64,000 nt of DNA from Phoronis australis. Taxonomy: Eukaryota > Animalia > Phoronida. Below, one piece after another: positions 1 to 13,093 of the stretch; position 1 is the first letter of the stretch; each line of letters opens with the position of its first letter. Position numbers and translations under genes: made by a program. Location of the stretch: contig NMRA01000608.1 of NCBI GenBank assembly GCA_002633005.1, positions 29,067-93,066 on the forward strand, given 5' to 3'. Under the pieces are notes generated by a model. The model saw only the letters and a list, made by a program, of their open reading frames with translations. It had not been told where the DNA came from and ran no database searches.

Positions 1-241
1 CAAGGAAAAAAATGGCGGCGTTCAGGACAAGTTCCTGAACTGATGAGCCGGAAATGTGGGTACGGAAATAACCGATGACAACCGGTAATCATACGCTCAG
101 AGAAAAGGGTCAAATGCGGTTGAAAAATCGCTTTTGGCAAGAAAGGCGAAAAGAATGTAAAGAAAGGGTGTCGAAAATAAGATTTTATGTAGTAAGTATT
201 TTCGGATACTAGAACCACATGGGCAGTTTGCAACAAGGACT
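1..241 (-). mobile_element. End of a TTAA-flanked non-autonomous DNA transposon (family X, Kolobok-like), cut by the window edge
   Basis: Reverse complement matches the starts of the copies at 13094 and 54350; ends ...caaggact followed by TTAA at 242-245. Confidence 0.8.
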
Positions 242-1739
242 TTAAAAACAAATATATTATTCCCCTAGCACAGTTGATAATGTTATTCGCATACACCGAA
301 CAGCAAAATCATCTCGATGATTTTTTTCTTGGATTGTTATATTTGACCAAGAAACTTGGTCATACAAAAAGGTGTTTGTCCCAGATTCGCCATTATGTGC
401 TGTGTGCCATGGCTTTTTGTCCAAAAACCTGAAACGGAATATAGATGGAATTCCAACACCAATGACGCTGTCGCATTTTTATCAGAAAAGGATGAAGACA
501 AAGTAGGCAATAATTAAGCTACAACAGTGTTCGGTTTGGCGACCTGCACATCATCAATGCGGCCTCAGATTGTGTTTGGCGACCTGGGAAAATTACAAGT
601 CGCCATGAAGTCTCTACTGCGAGTATCAAATTCGGGCAAAAATTCCCCCGAATTTCGTTTCAAGGTTTGTGCAGACTTTCAAACTTTAAAATATTGACAC
701 TTGTTTTCATAGATTTACTACCTTTAGTTCACAAGCGTTCTGTATGTTTCGTGAAATAAGTGAATTTGCCACCACAGCAGTCAGCACACATTAAATTACA
801 ACAATATGTAAACAAACGGGGAGGACCGGTGAAACACGTCTCCAGTGTACGCGATCATTTGCGTTCTATTTGCCTTCGCAGGAGGATTTGATTTAGTGAT
901 TAAATGGTACATATTTTTTATGGGGAGAAATTGAAGAAGTACGCGCAACTTTCCGAGAACGGCACGGCGTTTTTGGCGACTTTAGATTTCCACTGGCGAC
1001 CTGGGATTTTCGCGACTTGGCGTCAAGTTAAATGTCGAGCACTTGACAAAATTAACGGAGATGACAACACCGATGACGGTTGCTACATCACCTCATTGAA
1101 TATGTCGCCATTTATCACCAGAATAAAATGTTAACCCTTAAGTCTGGAGGCCATCTGTGAAGACTATGTGCGGAGGGTACAAGTTAAGGACCATTTTATT
1201 AGATTGGGGTGCGGCTATGATATTTAAGAGCTTGTGGCTGTTTGACATATGGAAGTGTTTGTTTAAAAATCCCACCCCTTTCAATGCTTTTAACATGTTC
1301 AGCATTGGTTTCAATATTGAAGAACATATTTTGTCAAATTATTCTAAATTCAGAATCAACACATTTATTTTTTTTCCAAGTTGATTTAGTTCAGTTTTAC
1401 TATTAGTTAATATTAATTTCGTTTCACCGAAAAATAACCCAACTCATCCTGACGACTAAGAACCGAACTTTGTTGAAGATCTGTTGAAATGCATTAAACA
1501 CCCGTGTGTGTTTTGTGTTAACATTTAGGAAATCGTATTTTATAAAAAGGTCTTCAGCCCACAAGTTTTCAGTACTATTTTAATTTGTCATTTGTGTTGG
1601 AGCGCCACTAACGGATAAGTTTTCTTTTGTTTCAAAGAATTCCACATCTTAAACGAACCAGAAAGTGCCTTTTTATTCGCATATTCATTGACTTAAATTA
1701 ATGAGGCACTTCCCCCGAAAAAAATTGCTGGCGCCAAGG

Positions 1740-3995
1740 TCACATCGTGGCCACCGACATAGGCGTGGAGCCGGGGACAATCGAGAAAAGAAAGACTGCG
1801 AATACGGATAAGAGAGAAAATTCAAGAAAACATTTGAAAACTCAGTATCGTACAACCGGCTTTCATGTTGAGGAAGGGCACTTCCTTCACGGTCAAACGG
1901 CGATGGAATGAACTGTCACTCTTTCCCAAACTTAATGATGTTTAGCCTTTCAACTTAATTAAGGTATCCCAATTTAGACGGAACCCTCTCTCGGTCGGGC
2001 GATTCGGGAGAATTGTCCTTTTGTCCCCCTATACACCTCCGACGTGACAAGTATTCACGAGGGTAAGTTGAGATTCCAAATTCATCAAAACCAAAACATT
2101 CGTGCACAGCACAGCAGTATCAAGGCATTCGACCCTAACGCCAAAAATGTGAAAAATGCAATACGATTGACAGCCATCGAAAAGGTAGACTTTTGAAGAA
2201 GGTGACGACCACTCAGACTTACACAAAATGACTATTTCTGATGGTTAGTGATAAAATAATGTTATTTTATCCCATACTATCACAAGAATAGTATTTCTTT
2301 TGAAGATCATTGCTAGGAGTTGTTTGTAAGGAATTCCCACCTTTTGAAAAGACTGTCGGGCCGCTCCGATTTGTAATGACCGTGTACATGTCGAACGGGG
2401 GTGCTTAGTGGTATTCATAGGTTCCTCTGAAATGAGCAAAAATGCCCCATCTCCCATGTTTCCCCGGTTATCCGGCCGGCAAAAATCTGAGCATACCCTT
2501 GGAAATTGCTTATAACCTTCCGTTTTGATAAATTCATTGGTTTCTAATTTACATGTTTATGTAACTCGAAAGTCAACAGATTCATAGATGATTTTTGACA
2601 ATTAGAATCTAATCTTGTAAGAGTTGATGACGTTTCAGTGATTTTAGTTGCAGCCTGAATTTGGAAAAACCTATAATCCGATCCCCAAATAGTAAAGTAC
2701 ACTTAAACGATTTTTGCCTTTCTAATGTAAGTCTGATACATTGATGAAATTCGGACAGTTCCCAAGGATAAACTCGCAATTCAAATGACAATAAATGCAT
2801 TGCTTTTGACTCGGGTACAATATTTGCCGTTTAAAGTCACGAACAGGAGATCAAAAAGGAATTAACTCATTAAATCAAGGTAAACGCATTGCTCATGGAA
2901 TCAACTGTTGGTTTCTGATTTACATGTGTATGTCGACTGATTGATAGATGATTTTTTGGCAATTAGAAGAAGCTAGCTTGTAATAAATGGCGATGCTTCA
3001 CTGAACTTAGTTGCAGGCTGACATTGGAAAATTCGATCTATCATCAGATCCCCCTAAACAGCTCTACAAAGTGTCCCAAAATGTTCTCACGATTCAAACG
3101 ACAATTAATTGTTTATTAACCTAGGAAGTGCATTAGTTATTTATATTCTCCAATCGTAGATCGAAAAAGAAGTTCAAGTCCTTACATAAATACAATTAAA
3201 CTCATTAATTTGGAAAGGATGTCTTTGCCCTTCCTTGGTGTGTTTTAGTTTCCAGTAGTATTTTTTCTTCAAAACAGAATCTCAGTGATCCTCGGGAATT
3301 GAATGTGAACTCCAGGCGTTGAAGTGTGAACATTTTTGGCACACACTGTATCATTTTCCCCAGCCTCCCGGCAGAAACTGAACTACTGGCGGTGTTTCAA
3401 TTGGGAGTTTGGAACTGCCCCAAAGGCACTATAGCAGGGACCTCGAGTCGGTACCACACCTTTTCAAAAAATTCCTTCAAAGAATGACCAAAATAAAATG
3501 AACTTTTCCCAAAACTGGATCATGATAAAACGACCTTAGAGCCAGCGAAGACGGATAGTTTCTAGCTAAGCTGCCCGACTCCAGTGAATCATATCTGAGC
3601 AGCGACTAGTTTTAGTTCATCGAATTTCGTATTTTGCACTGTTAGATCTCTGCTACAGTTATTTGAAGCACTTCCCAGCAACCCGCCAGTGCGCTGACCC
3701 TGGGCACATTCTTACTCTCCGTGAAACGTTCTTGGTTCACTGTTTCTCATATCCCGATAGCTAGATCCCTGGGATTGTCCTCCACCTACGGCGGACGTGG
3801 GGGGGGGGGCGCTCGGTACAAATATGGCGACGTCCGGAGAACAGAAAGGGGTAGTTGTTTGGCGAAGTCGAATTCATACGTGGCCCCTTTTAATTTTTGC
3901 CATCCTACGGGCCTGCTCGCACACACACACACACACACGCAAGCGCACACGCAAAGTATAGTAGTGAGAAAACACGAAGTAGGAAGTTAGTAGTT
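1740..3995 (+). repeat. Dispersed ~2.2 kb repeat (family Y), copy 1
   Basis: Collinear, diverged match to ~47490-51560 (e.g. gagaaaagaaagactgcga, gatccccaaatagtaaagtacactta, cactgttagatctc); internal duplication ~2540-2670 vs ~2910-3035. Confidence 0.75.
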
Positions 3996-4049
3996 ATTTT
4001 CATGTCGGTATGGCTTACAAACTCATAAAACATTAGCTCGACAGAAATT

Positions 4050-5604
4050 GTGAACGGTTTTAGAGTATTATAATGCATTGTTTTGAATTTCACAATGTAA
4101 CCATACGATATTAATGACCTTCCTGATAACCTGTCATGTAGCACATACCTTTATGCAGATGACAAGGCGCTTTTTTACCCCTTCGCAGGGAGCAGCCCTG
4201 AAAGTTCTTTGCAGCTTCAACACGACATAAATAAACTCAGCTGTTGGTCAAAAGATTGGAGAATGACTTTTAAACCAGAAAATAAGCGTTGACCTTTCCT
4301 TTTCCAAATCTATTAATGCTCTCTTCCTTGTTGACCCGTCTTATGACCTTAAACTTAATGATTAAATCATTCCTAGAAAATACTCGCACAGACATCTTGG
4401 TATACTGTTAGATGAAAAACTCTCATTCACACCTCACGTTCGGGAGCTCTTACAAAAAACCGGGAACTAATTAACCCAATTAAGCTTGTCTCTCGTCATC
4501 TGAATTCTACACATTTAGAAGTTTTGTTCAAATCCTTTATGCTTCCACACATCGATTATTGTGATATTATATATCAGTCTGACAATGCGGGTGCACTCCA
4601 ACATTTGGAGAAGTTACGGTATCAAGCTGCCTTACTCATAACCGGAGCTTACAGGGGATCCAATAGTGTTAAGGTTTTGAATAAAGTGGCCCAAACTGTC
4701 TACTCGATGCAATCTTCAAACGACCACATTTACTTTCAAAGTAATAAACAATGTCAACACATTCTCTGTCAAAAAGTATTTGATCTATACACTAGACAAG
4801 GCCTACGTTGTTATTTGAGATCCTCCACCCCATATGCAATTCCTCCGTCGTTCAGTCAGGCATTCAGAATGTCTACAGTCATAATGTGCATCAACAAATG
4901 GAATTCTCTTGCAGTCTTTGTTAAGGAAAGCAACTCTTTTACGAGTATAGAAATTAATTTTAGAACTGTTTTTCATAATTTTTAAAACTAAACACCCTTC
5001 ACTCAATTCTCTCTTCCCCGCGATAACGAGATAGCATTGTATACATGTAGATCAAGATGCGGTCTTTTCCTCAATTCTGACAAGTTTAGGCATAACTTTA
5101 GTAATGTCTCTCCAAACTGTAAATGTGGTGACCATCAATCTTATCCTCATATTTTCTTCAAATGTCCCCTCATCGAATACCTGAGAGACTCACTCTTTCG
5201 TGCACTCAATGAAAACCAATCAATTGTTAACGCTCTCAGTTCTTGTAATAATATCCTTACCATGCTTTCTACAGTTACATTATTATTGAATGGTAGTCCT
5301 AACCTTGACCTCTTTCTCAATGAATTCCTCCTTAGCAACGTTAGCAAATTTTTATGTATCGTTTATTAATATTGTTGATTCTGATTTCCATACATGAATC
5401 TGTACATATTTTTGTTTTTATATATTCGTAATAGCATATCTAAGTGTCGGAATACTTATATTAGATACTAGTAAAATGTATTTTACCTCTATGTAAATTA
5501 GTTTTGTCTATCAATTGTTTACAACCCAGACATAGTGCTTCGCGATTTCTGGGTTCTTTCATTATTTCTTTGTATGTTCTGTGTGTTCTTCAATAAATAT
5601 ATAT
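4050..5604 (+). mobile_element. 5'-truncated, degenerate CR1-group LINE (RT C-terminal half and 3' UTR)
   Basis: INDLPDNLSCSTYLYADD (YADD at 4152-4163), RHLGILLDEKLSF, KSFMLPHIDYCDIIY, SPNCKCG...HIFFKCP; stops and frameshifts; ends caataaatatatat. Confidence 0.85.
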
Positions 5605-5609
5605 CACTT

Positions 5610-6030
5610 AAAAAAACAATGAAACCTATATAAGGGAAATTTCACTAAGCAAAGAATTAAATTTACAAGTTCCAATCTACAGGCTGGGTCTCCAAACAAG
5701 GCAGTAGACATATTTAACTGGAGAGGAAATCGCACTGATTTATCATCCATATTTTTAAACATCTCCAAAACTTCTGAGCAAGTGCACATTCCCAATACAA
5801 TTGTAGAATTGTTTCTTCGTGTTGCTCACGGAAAGAACACAAAGACAATTCGAAAACACCTATTTTCTTTAAATAAGAGTTTGTACCAATAAGTCTGTGG
5901 TTGATTCGGAATTGAAACCATCTGAGTCGGACATCGGAAGTACAATGATAAATTGCAGAATGAATTTTTTCCAAGACTGAGTATCATCGCATAAGTTAAT
6001 TTCTCTCTCCCACTTCAATTCCGCGACAGG
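5610..6030 (-). mobile_element. Tx1/L1-group LINE fragment (C-terminal zf-RVT region)
   Basis: ORF 5714..5974 LRWFQFRINHRLIGTNSYLKKIG...CSF...ETILQLYWEC, homologous to the C-terminus of the 21.5-23.7 kb LINE. Confidence 0.8.
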
Positions 6031-6139
6031 TTTTACATACAATTAGGAAATGAGTATATAACATACTTAAGAAAACAAAAGGGAATTAGCGCTGAAAACG
6101 ACCGACACGCCAGAAACCAAGAAGTGGACTGGTACAGCT

Positions 6140-7680
6140 CAGGAGATTTTGAGAATACAATTAGATACCGTTACATATGAAGCAATCGGAAATATCAAAC
6201 TGGATCGTAGTTGTTGATAATAACAGTGGTTAAGAAACTGGAGAATGCTTGCAAAGAATGTTTTTTTATTATATTTAGAGCAGAGACTGGTATTTCGTTG
6301 TTGTTTATAAGTCGAGGAATTTCAAATCTAACACAGGCTCTTGATGACAATTTGTTGGGCGGAGGAATTAAAATTTTGGGTTATATTGTCGTAATACCAG
6401 CTGAGTATTGATTCAGGTAAGTAGAAGTTTTAATGTGTCTGGTTGGTTTTATGTTGGATGGGTTTACTAAAGAAGTTGTTAGTGTAAAAATACTTAGGAA
6501 GCTGATTATTGAGGAATTTGTAGTAAAATTTTGCAGTTGAGATTTTAAAGATGTCTTGAAGTAGAGGGAGGCGAAATTCCTTACATATGGGCTGAGCGTT
6601 AGTATTATAACTGGAATTTGATATACTCCGAAGGATTCTCAGTGAGCTGTCTGGAGTTTCTTAGTGTTGCCAAAGCCCCAAGTTTCAATGCCATGGTTTA
6701 AATGTGGGAGGACAAGTGAATTATATATTAACTTGAGAGCTGGAAGAGGAAGATAAGATTTCAATTTACATATAAGTCACCGAGATTGTTAAAGGTGAAG
6801 GCAACCTTTTTCATGTCATTTTTAGCAAAAATAAGGTTCGTTGATTATCTCAGACATAGTTTTCAGTTAATTACAGCTTTTTGTAATTTACACAATTACT
6901 CGTCTGCTACTCCGGAAGTGACGTTTTGGGAGGCAAGAATTTCGTGCCAATTTCTTTTATATTGACCGACTGTGAGAGCTGCCGAGTCAGTTATCGCTCT
7001 ACCTCGGTTGTGCTAAGCTCGTTCGCCGTTTGCTTTTGTTTACGAGTCAATCAACATGCTTAGGAAGCTGCGTGGCGGGATGTACTCATTATCGTCTCAC
7101 GGAGAGAGGTCAACTGTCCCACTTGCCCGAGTGTCCCGCGACACACTCCCTCTGGATGATTACCTGAGCACACAAACTGCTTACATCCCGCCGTGTGACT
7201 CCCTCGCCACACATCTGGCACCTTCTAAATATCTCCAATACTTTAGACAATTCTACAATAAACTTATCAAAGTTTGGCTCACCGATCTGTTCGTTGGACG
7301 ACGAACTGTCCTCTTCACTCGAAGTTTAACTGGGCCTCTATTCACTCCCACTAATCAACATCACAACAGGGCTGCTTACAGGCTCTGAGTACATACCGGT
7401 ACGCAGCAACTGTGTGGCATGTTGACTGACTCCTAAAACAAGCAAACGACCGAAAGTTGTGTATGGATAATTTTTTCTATAAATTTTGAGATTGCTGGGA
7501 GAATAGAAATGGGTCGATAATTGCCCGGGTGCTCTGGGTCCAAACCATGTTGTTTAAAAACTGGGATTGCCTTAGCAATCTTGAGAGCATCTGGAAATAT
7601 ACCAGTGTGCAAGCACTGGTTGATGATGGTCGTGAGAGGTTCAATTATAAAATGGGTGCTTATTTTGATAATTTTTGATT
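6140..7680 (-). mobile_element. Degenerate CR1/L2-group LINE RT fragments interrupted by a THAP-family DNA element
   Basis: 7460-7680 reads PLTTIINQCLHTGIFPDALKIAKAIPVFK...NYRPISILPAISKFIEK; ~6660-6770 reads YNSLVLPHLNHGIETWG. Confidence 0.8.
6793..7456. mobile_element. Deleted copy of the TTAA/THAP element found at 31026-32228
   Basis: TTAA then aggtgaaggcaacctttttcatgtcat; collinear with 31026-31617, followed by the inner part of the opposite inverted repeat. Confidence 0.8.
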
Positions 7681-7954
7681 AACCTCAAACTGTATCTCAG
7701 GGTAAATGCGAATCCCCAAAGTTATCAAAAATATATAGTTTAACAGGTTCACGGTAGCCCTTAATTTTAAGTTTTGCAACTTAAACACGCTATCAGGACT
7801 AATACAATAGTACAGCAACTATGATGTCACATAGACATGCCCCTTAAAAGTTATACCTCAAAGAGAGTTTTGCCAGACAAACATGAGACCAATTTCCACA
7901 AGTAGTTAGTATGAAAGACACACATTCTAATAGGTTGTGGACCATAGCAACGCT

Positions 7955-8125
7955 AACCCAGCCTAAAAAATGGGGGTCTCGAATTTTTGAGAATGTGTAC
8001 CTATGACTTTTGTCTCATTTTCTACTTTTTTGGAGTTTTTGTTTCTCTGGGGCAAACCTTTTTGTCCACTGCGCCAAAGAGGCCGGGGCTCGTTCGAGCT
8101 CCAGAGCCCCCTGGATGCGGGCATG
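7955..8125. mobile_element. Decayed MITE (family Z)
   Basis: cccagcctaaaaaatggggg...ctcgaatttttgagaatgtg...ccccctggatgcgggcatg matches the 48558 and 62441 copies. Confidence 0.65.
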
Positions 8126-10098
8126 GGAAACAAGCTGTGTGGGTACAGCAGAATGTATCAAAGAATGAGGTTTGTTTACTGTTCTAAGAAAGAAGTTGAC
8201 TCAATATTCCCTGTTACTGGTACATATTCTTCAGCAAGATAGCCTGAGGCACGCGTATCCTGTGATAATGCAGAATAGTGCCTGGGAACTTGATACTAAC
8301 ACATCAAATCAGATTGTTTGTACTAAATCAACAGTTTCTTATTTTAGTTGATAAGTGAATTGTTCCTCTTGGATATGGCGACTACACAATCGCAGGTTAT
8401 GTAGCTCTTCTAAGGATTTCCCTGCTAGGTCTTATCCGTGCATACTCTGCACCCAACTCGCACAACTAAAATTGAACCATACACTGAGAAATAGCCTACA
8501 CGCCAACAAACAACGTCATTAGATTGTGTAAGCTTGCAAACATTCTCCTCTATCTCACCCCAGTTTTCACTTAGTAAACAAGGCCAGCTGACCAGCACGC
8601 CGGGTCTGACCCTGTAACCTGAACTGTAGACTACACACAAACTCTTTAACCAAACACAGCTGATACAACTCCACCTCAATTTTGTTACATTCCTCAGGCA
8701 GAAGATGTGCAGCCACTACCGAATGAGTCTCATACGCCCGTGGTTTGGGCCCCAGTATTGTCAACTACTAGTAACTATCCCTAATAGGTAGGACTGCTAC
8801 TATTATTATTCTACTGCAGTAATGACTCCTGTTCTCCGATCAGCACTTGCTGAATATACAGTTATCTCTCCTTATCTTTAGGCAAGCAAAACAAAGTATT
8901 TTGTAAGCACCAGAGGACACACTGGCATTACAGTCATTCATGCTATTATGCTGCATTTGAGCGCCTTCCAGAAGGTGGCGGTACTTATTACGCTGTGACG
9001 TGTTTGGGTCATAAGTCGGAGATCTTAGATAACTATAAAGTCTTTGACATCACGAAGGCCAAGGAGACCGTGCAGACAAAGCATTAGCCTGCCATGAAAC
9101 CTGTTTACAAATTTTTGACACATAAACCATTTTTTTTTCAAACCATTGTCACTCCTACCATTGCGCAGTTGGTGAGTGTCGCCAACCACAACAAAGCAAT
9201 TGTCTATGATCAATGAAGGCCTTAGAAAACATTAACGTGGTACTTGTCAGAGTTGGTAAGAGTACATGAACCATTGAACGGCGTTTGAGCTGGCATGATT
9301 CATAACATGTTAAACATGGGTTGTTCTAAAATCAGTGCTGTTGTGGGGCGTAGGCGCACGTAGTTGCAGCCAACCACCTTTTGAAATTTGAACGTAGCGC
9401 TTGTTAAGTTACTTTCAGTGCTCAAGGTGATTTGAGGGCCTACTTGCCTCTAATTTTACCACTACAGCACGGTCTAAAACCTCCCGGACCCTACACTCAA
9501 GACCCCCACAACCCTCTGGACCCACGACCTGCGACAACTGAGGTGTCTGGGCTTTTTAGTTCGGCATGATCTTGTTACGTCGCCGCCGAGTGACTTTCCA
9601 GTGAGAGTTACCTACACAAATCTGCTCTGACTCAGGGGTGGTTAAAACAGAAAATGGCGTAAGCACTAAATGATCTAAAATGGCGGGTTATAAGTGTGCT
9701 GCTTTTGTCGCAGAAATTGTTCTACGTGCGACTACCCAGTCCTGTTCTACTAATGATTAGGGAGGGAGTACGTTAACGTGTATACACATAATTTCACATT
9801 TCTATTATTTGCTTTCTATCGCATAACAGACTACTTCGAGATGCTTTTTGAACTGAGAGTTCGTTTTTTCAAACTGTATTTAGGCCTACTAAGAAAATTA
9901 ATTATTCGTGGCAAAGATACTGTACGCGTATACAGGGCGCAAGTCCTGTAATGTAAATTCATGATTTCGCAGTCGACGCCGACACCAATGACAAAGATAC
10001 TTTAGGCCTGTAACTATAACATCTCTCCCACTCGGCACGCAGGGAACCAGCGAGGTCAAGCTGGGTTTCTCAGCACAAAACCATGTTTGTTAAAATAG

Positions 10099-10106
10099 CC
10101 AATGAC
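10099..10106 (+). promoter_or_regulatory. Candidate CCAAT box of gene A
   Basis: CCAATGAC starts 95 nt before the ATG; the same 8-mer starts 97 nt before the gene B ATG. Confidence 0.45.
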
Positions 10107-10193
10107 AGCTGAGTAATATGACCCTGTGAGACGCATGCATTAGCATGCATTAATACTGAGTGAAGAACTGATAACGCGGAAAACTTCTTTAAT

Positions 10194-10239
10194 ATGGATA
10201 CGTTACATTTCTCGGGCCTGATTGCGCTTTGCTTGAGCG
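10194..10239 (+). CDS. Gene A exon 1 (signal peptide) of a putative GPI-anchored 12-Cys surface protein
   Basis: MDTLHFSGLIALCLS+G then gtaagt; phase 1 joins exon 2 to give a plausible signal peptide ...LCLSVSSVAA-YSC. Confidence 0.7.
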
Positions 10240-10506
10240 GTAAGTAGATTTATTAATTGGCTATGGACGGATTTTTTATCAGTGTGACTTTCACACTATG
10301 TAGCCTACTATGATTATGCATATTCGTTCAAATTTCAACATAATGACGCACCGACGTCTGCTGCCACTTCCAGATACTGCAGCCGGTAGACAAGCTCGGA
10401 GTCGTAGCGGCTCTCTCTTCAAAGTGTTAGGCCTACACATTTTTACGCGACAAGCTATTTAATCCTCGGATGTCGATTTAAACCCGTGAAAAAAACGTAA
10501 CAGAGT

Positions 10507-10652
10507 ACTAGTCGGATATAATGGGCCCTGATTAAGCCGGGAACCAGTTCCATCAACTAAATAACGGCCGTTATTCAGTGATTGCCTGGTTCTAAAGTTA
10601 TTTAGTGGATGAAACTGGTTCTCTAAATCAGGGTCCATTATATCCGACTAGT
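10507..10652. repeat. Foldback/MITE-like inverted repeat in gene A intron 1
   Basis: ~55-60 nt arms actagtcggatataatgggccctgatt... / ...aatcagggtccattatatccgactagt. Confidence 0.8.
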
Positions 10653-12305
10653 GTCGCGCTGTTGCCTACTTTTGCCTTCTTTGGCACTGGCCTACTTTAA
10701 TATATCTGGGGCTCGCGATGGTAGACATTACTCATTATTAGGCGGGTGGTGAGTGCATTGCTGGCTACCAGCGTTGCAACTGTTATCGATTTTGCCGTGT
10801 AGTAGTGACTAAGATTTTATAGTTGTCTATGGTAGTGATTAATCAATCTTCTAGCTGTACGTATACAGCACGACAACGTAGAGGTGCAACTACGACCGCT
10901 CCATAGCAAGCCTGGTTGATAAACGAGTGAAATAAGAACTCTTCTTTTCCTCAATTAGTCCGCAAAACATTATTACCTGTCTTCTCAGAATTGACCTAGG
11001 TATAGAGTGCTTGCGATAGGCGCCATCTGTACCCGTAAGTGCGCAAGAGGACAAGCAATGGCGGTGTTATAGTTCACGGTTACCATTGACCCCGGTAAGA
11101 CTCGGACATTGGAACGACAGAAATCTAGGCGTGGGAATATAGAGACAGGCGAAACATTGTTTTTGTATAGGTAATCTTGCCCATGCTGAACGCCCTGAAA
11201 CACCCAGTATCAAAAGTTTCCATGGGACGTTTCCTTTCGACCCTGAGCTCAAAATTCACGCCTCGTAAAATGAACGGAACCAGAAGTGACAAAGTTGGCC
11301 GTGTTTGCGGCAATAGGACAGGCCCATGAAATGTTGAAAATAAGGTCAAATTTCTGGAATGCGGACGAAGAGTTTTTTCGCAAAAAGTCCCGCTATTTTT
11401 GTAATATTTTAACTTATGTTGGAAACGTCAACATCAACATTGAAAATATGAATTCTTTGTCCGGTTTTCAGAGCCCTCCAACCTCCTATAATTAATGCAC
11501 TTATCGTTATACAAATGTGGCCATAGAGTTGTAGGCGCAAAGGGTACACAATTTGACGCTTTTGAAATCTGCATTTTCAGCTGAATGGGCAATTCACAGT
11601 AATTAGAATATTCCAGAAACCTGAAAAATGTGCAATGTTGCTGTTTTATAGCAGCATTCATCAAAATGTATCACAGTTAAACATTCACCAATTACAAAGT
11701 AGCCATCTGAACATGTTTTTCAGTTCAACAAATGTCGCCATGTTGTCCGTACCAAATTGAACCATTCCATACGCAACGTCTGCGCGACTACATTCTTGTG
11801 AAAACTGTTGAATCCCACAGACTAGTACTAGGCAAAGATGTGTCTCACCAAATTTCGCTGCAAATTTTGATGAATTGTTTCCAAATGGCCGATCTAACCC
11901 TACCCAAAGATGAGAACCGAATTTTCCCACCTAAGTTTTTTACCTTGATAGGCCTACTGCTTAACCAGATTTTCATTATTTGTTATTTTGTTACCCGTGA
12001 TGCCTTATTTTTCCAATGATAATTGAAGATCCCACTTGTGGTAGAATTGTTTGCTTAGTCCAAACTCATTATAGCAACCTGTGAATGGAATGTTTCTCCA
12101 GCGGAATCGAGGCACCGTCCCGGATAGTCTATGGTGTCCAATTTGAGGTGCGTGTAGAGAGAACCGGTGGTGAAGACAGCGACTCACGTTCAGATGTTTG
12201 CAAAAATACCCACAATTACTGCTCGAAAAGCCTTTAAATTACGGTGGCTGTGAAAGGACGGCACGGCAACTATTTTCTCCGTTGCTATCTCCATTGTCTC
12301 TATCG

Positions 12306-12389
12306 ATAGACTTACTATTTCTATGGATAGACTTAGTAAGTCTATCAATAGACTTACTAACTCTATCCATAGACTTACTATTTCTATGG
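12306..12389. repeat. Minisatellite, 4 x 21 bp, quasi-palindromic units
   Basis: atagacttactatttctatgg / atagacttagtaagtctatca / atagacttactaactctatcc / atagacttactatttctatgg. Confidence 0.85.
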
Positions 12390-13093
12390 TTTAAAAGTTC
12401 GTTCTGGGTTTGTCAGTATCTGGGTAAACAAGATACGCCTGAGCTGGTTTTCCATGTGGAGAATTTCTCTTTTACACTGGTGACCCCTCTGATTCCCTAA
12501 ACCCCAGACAACTTTTATGATGCCTATTCAGCACGCCCTTTGTATTGATGTAGATGTGAGCTAATGAAGGGGAAAGGTAATTGCTAGCATTACTGTCTCA
12601 ACAATGGTTGTTGTTAGTACCCCCAATTGGGTTTTCTCTGACATTTGCAGAGTTATAGCCTGCGACTGTGAAGAGTGGTTTTAACTTGGTACATTATGAA
12701 TATTACAAAATGACTAAAAAGGTTAACTTTAATGTGTTTATCTTCACAAAGGGCCACTTCCCAAAGAAAGATAAGTTTCATATTGGTTTTCTTTATTTAA
12801 TTTTTAATGCTTATGCCCACTTGTTTTTTTTTTCTTACCGGAACGGGCTGATAATTTTTTATCTAAGGTATAAACTTGAAGTACCAAAACTGTGGTAGAT
12901 TTTGATCGCCAGCTAAACTTAATTATTACCCACTGGTGGTAGTTTTTAGATTATTAGTTCATCGATTTTTAAAAATCGGAAACCGTGCTTGGTTTTTTTC
13001 CAGCTGAATACCGCCGTGGTGTTCGTTTATACCGAAAGTTAGAGGTTAATGCATTTTGAAAGTTCGCCATTATGTACAGTCAGAGATGTTTAA

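Noticed and set aside
38-80. ctgatgag...gaaa hammerhead-like core in family X
   Set aside because: No pairing stem II between the core segments and no evident stems I/III.
9025-9213. VVVGDTHQL resembling helicase motif III
   Set aside because: No other helicase motifs seen nearby; a single short match.
12306-12389. Palindromic repeats resembling a CRISPR array (also 30200-30270)
   Set aside because: Units are contiguous with no unique spacers, no cas genes, eukaryotic context.
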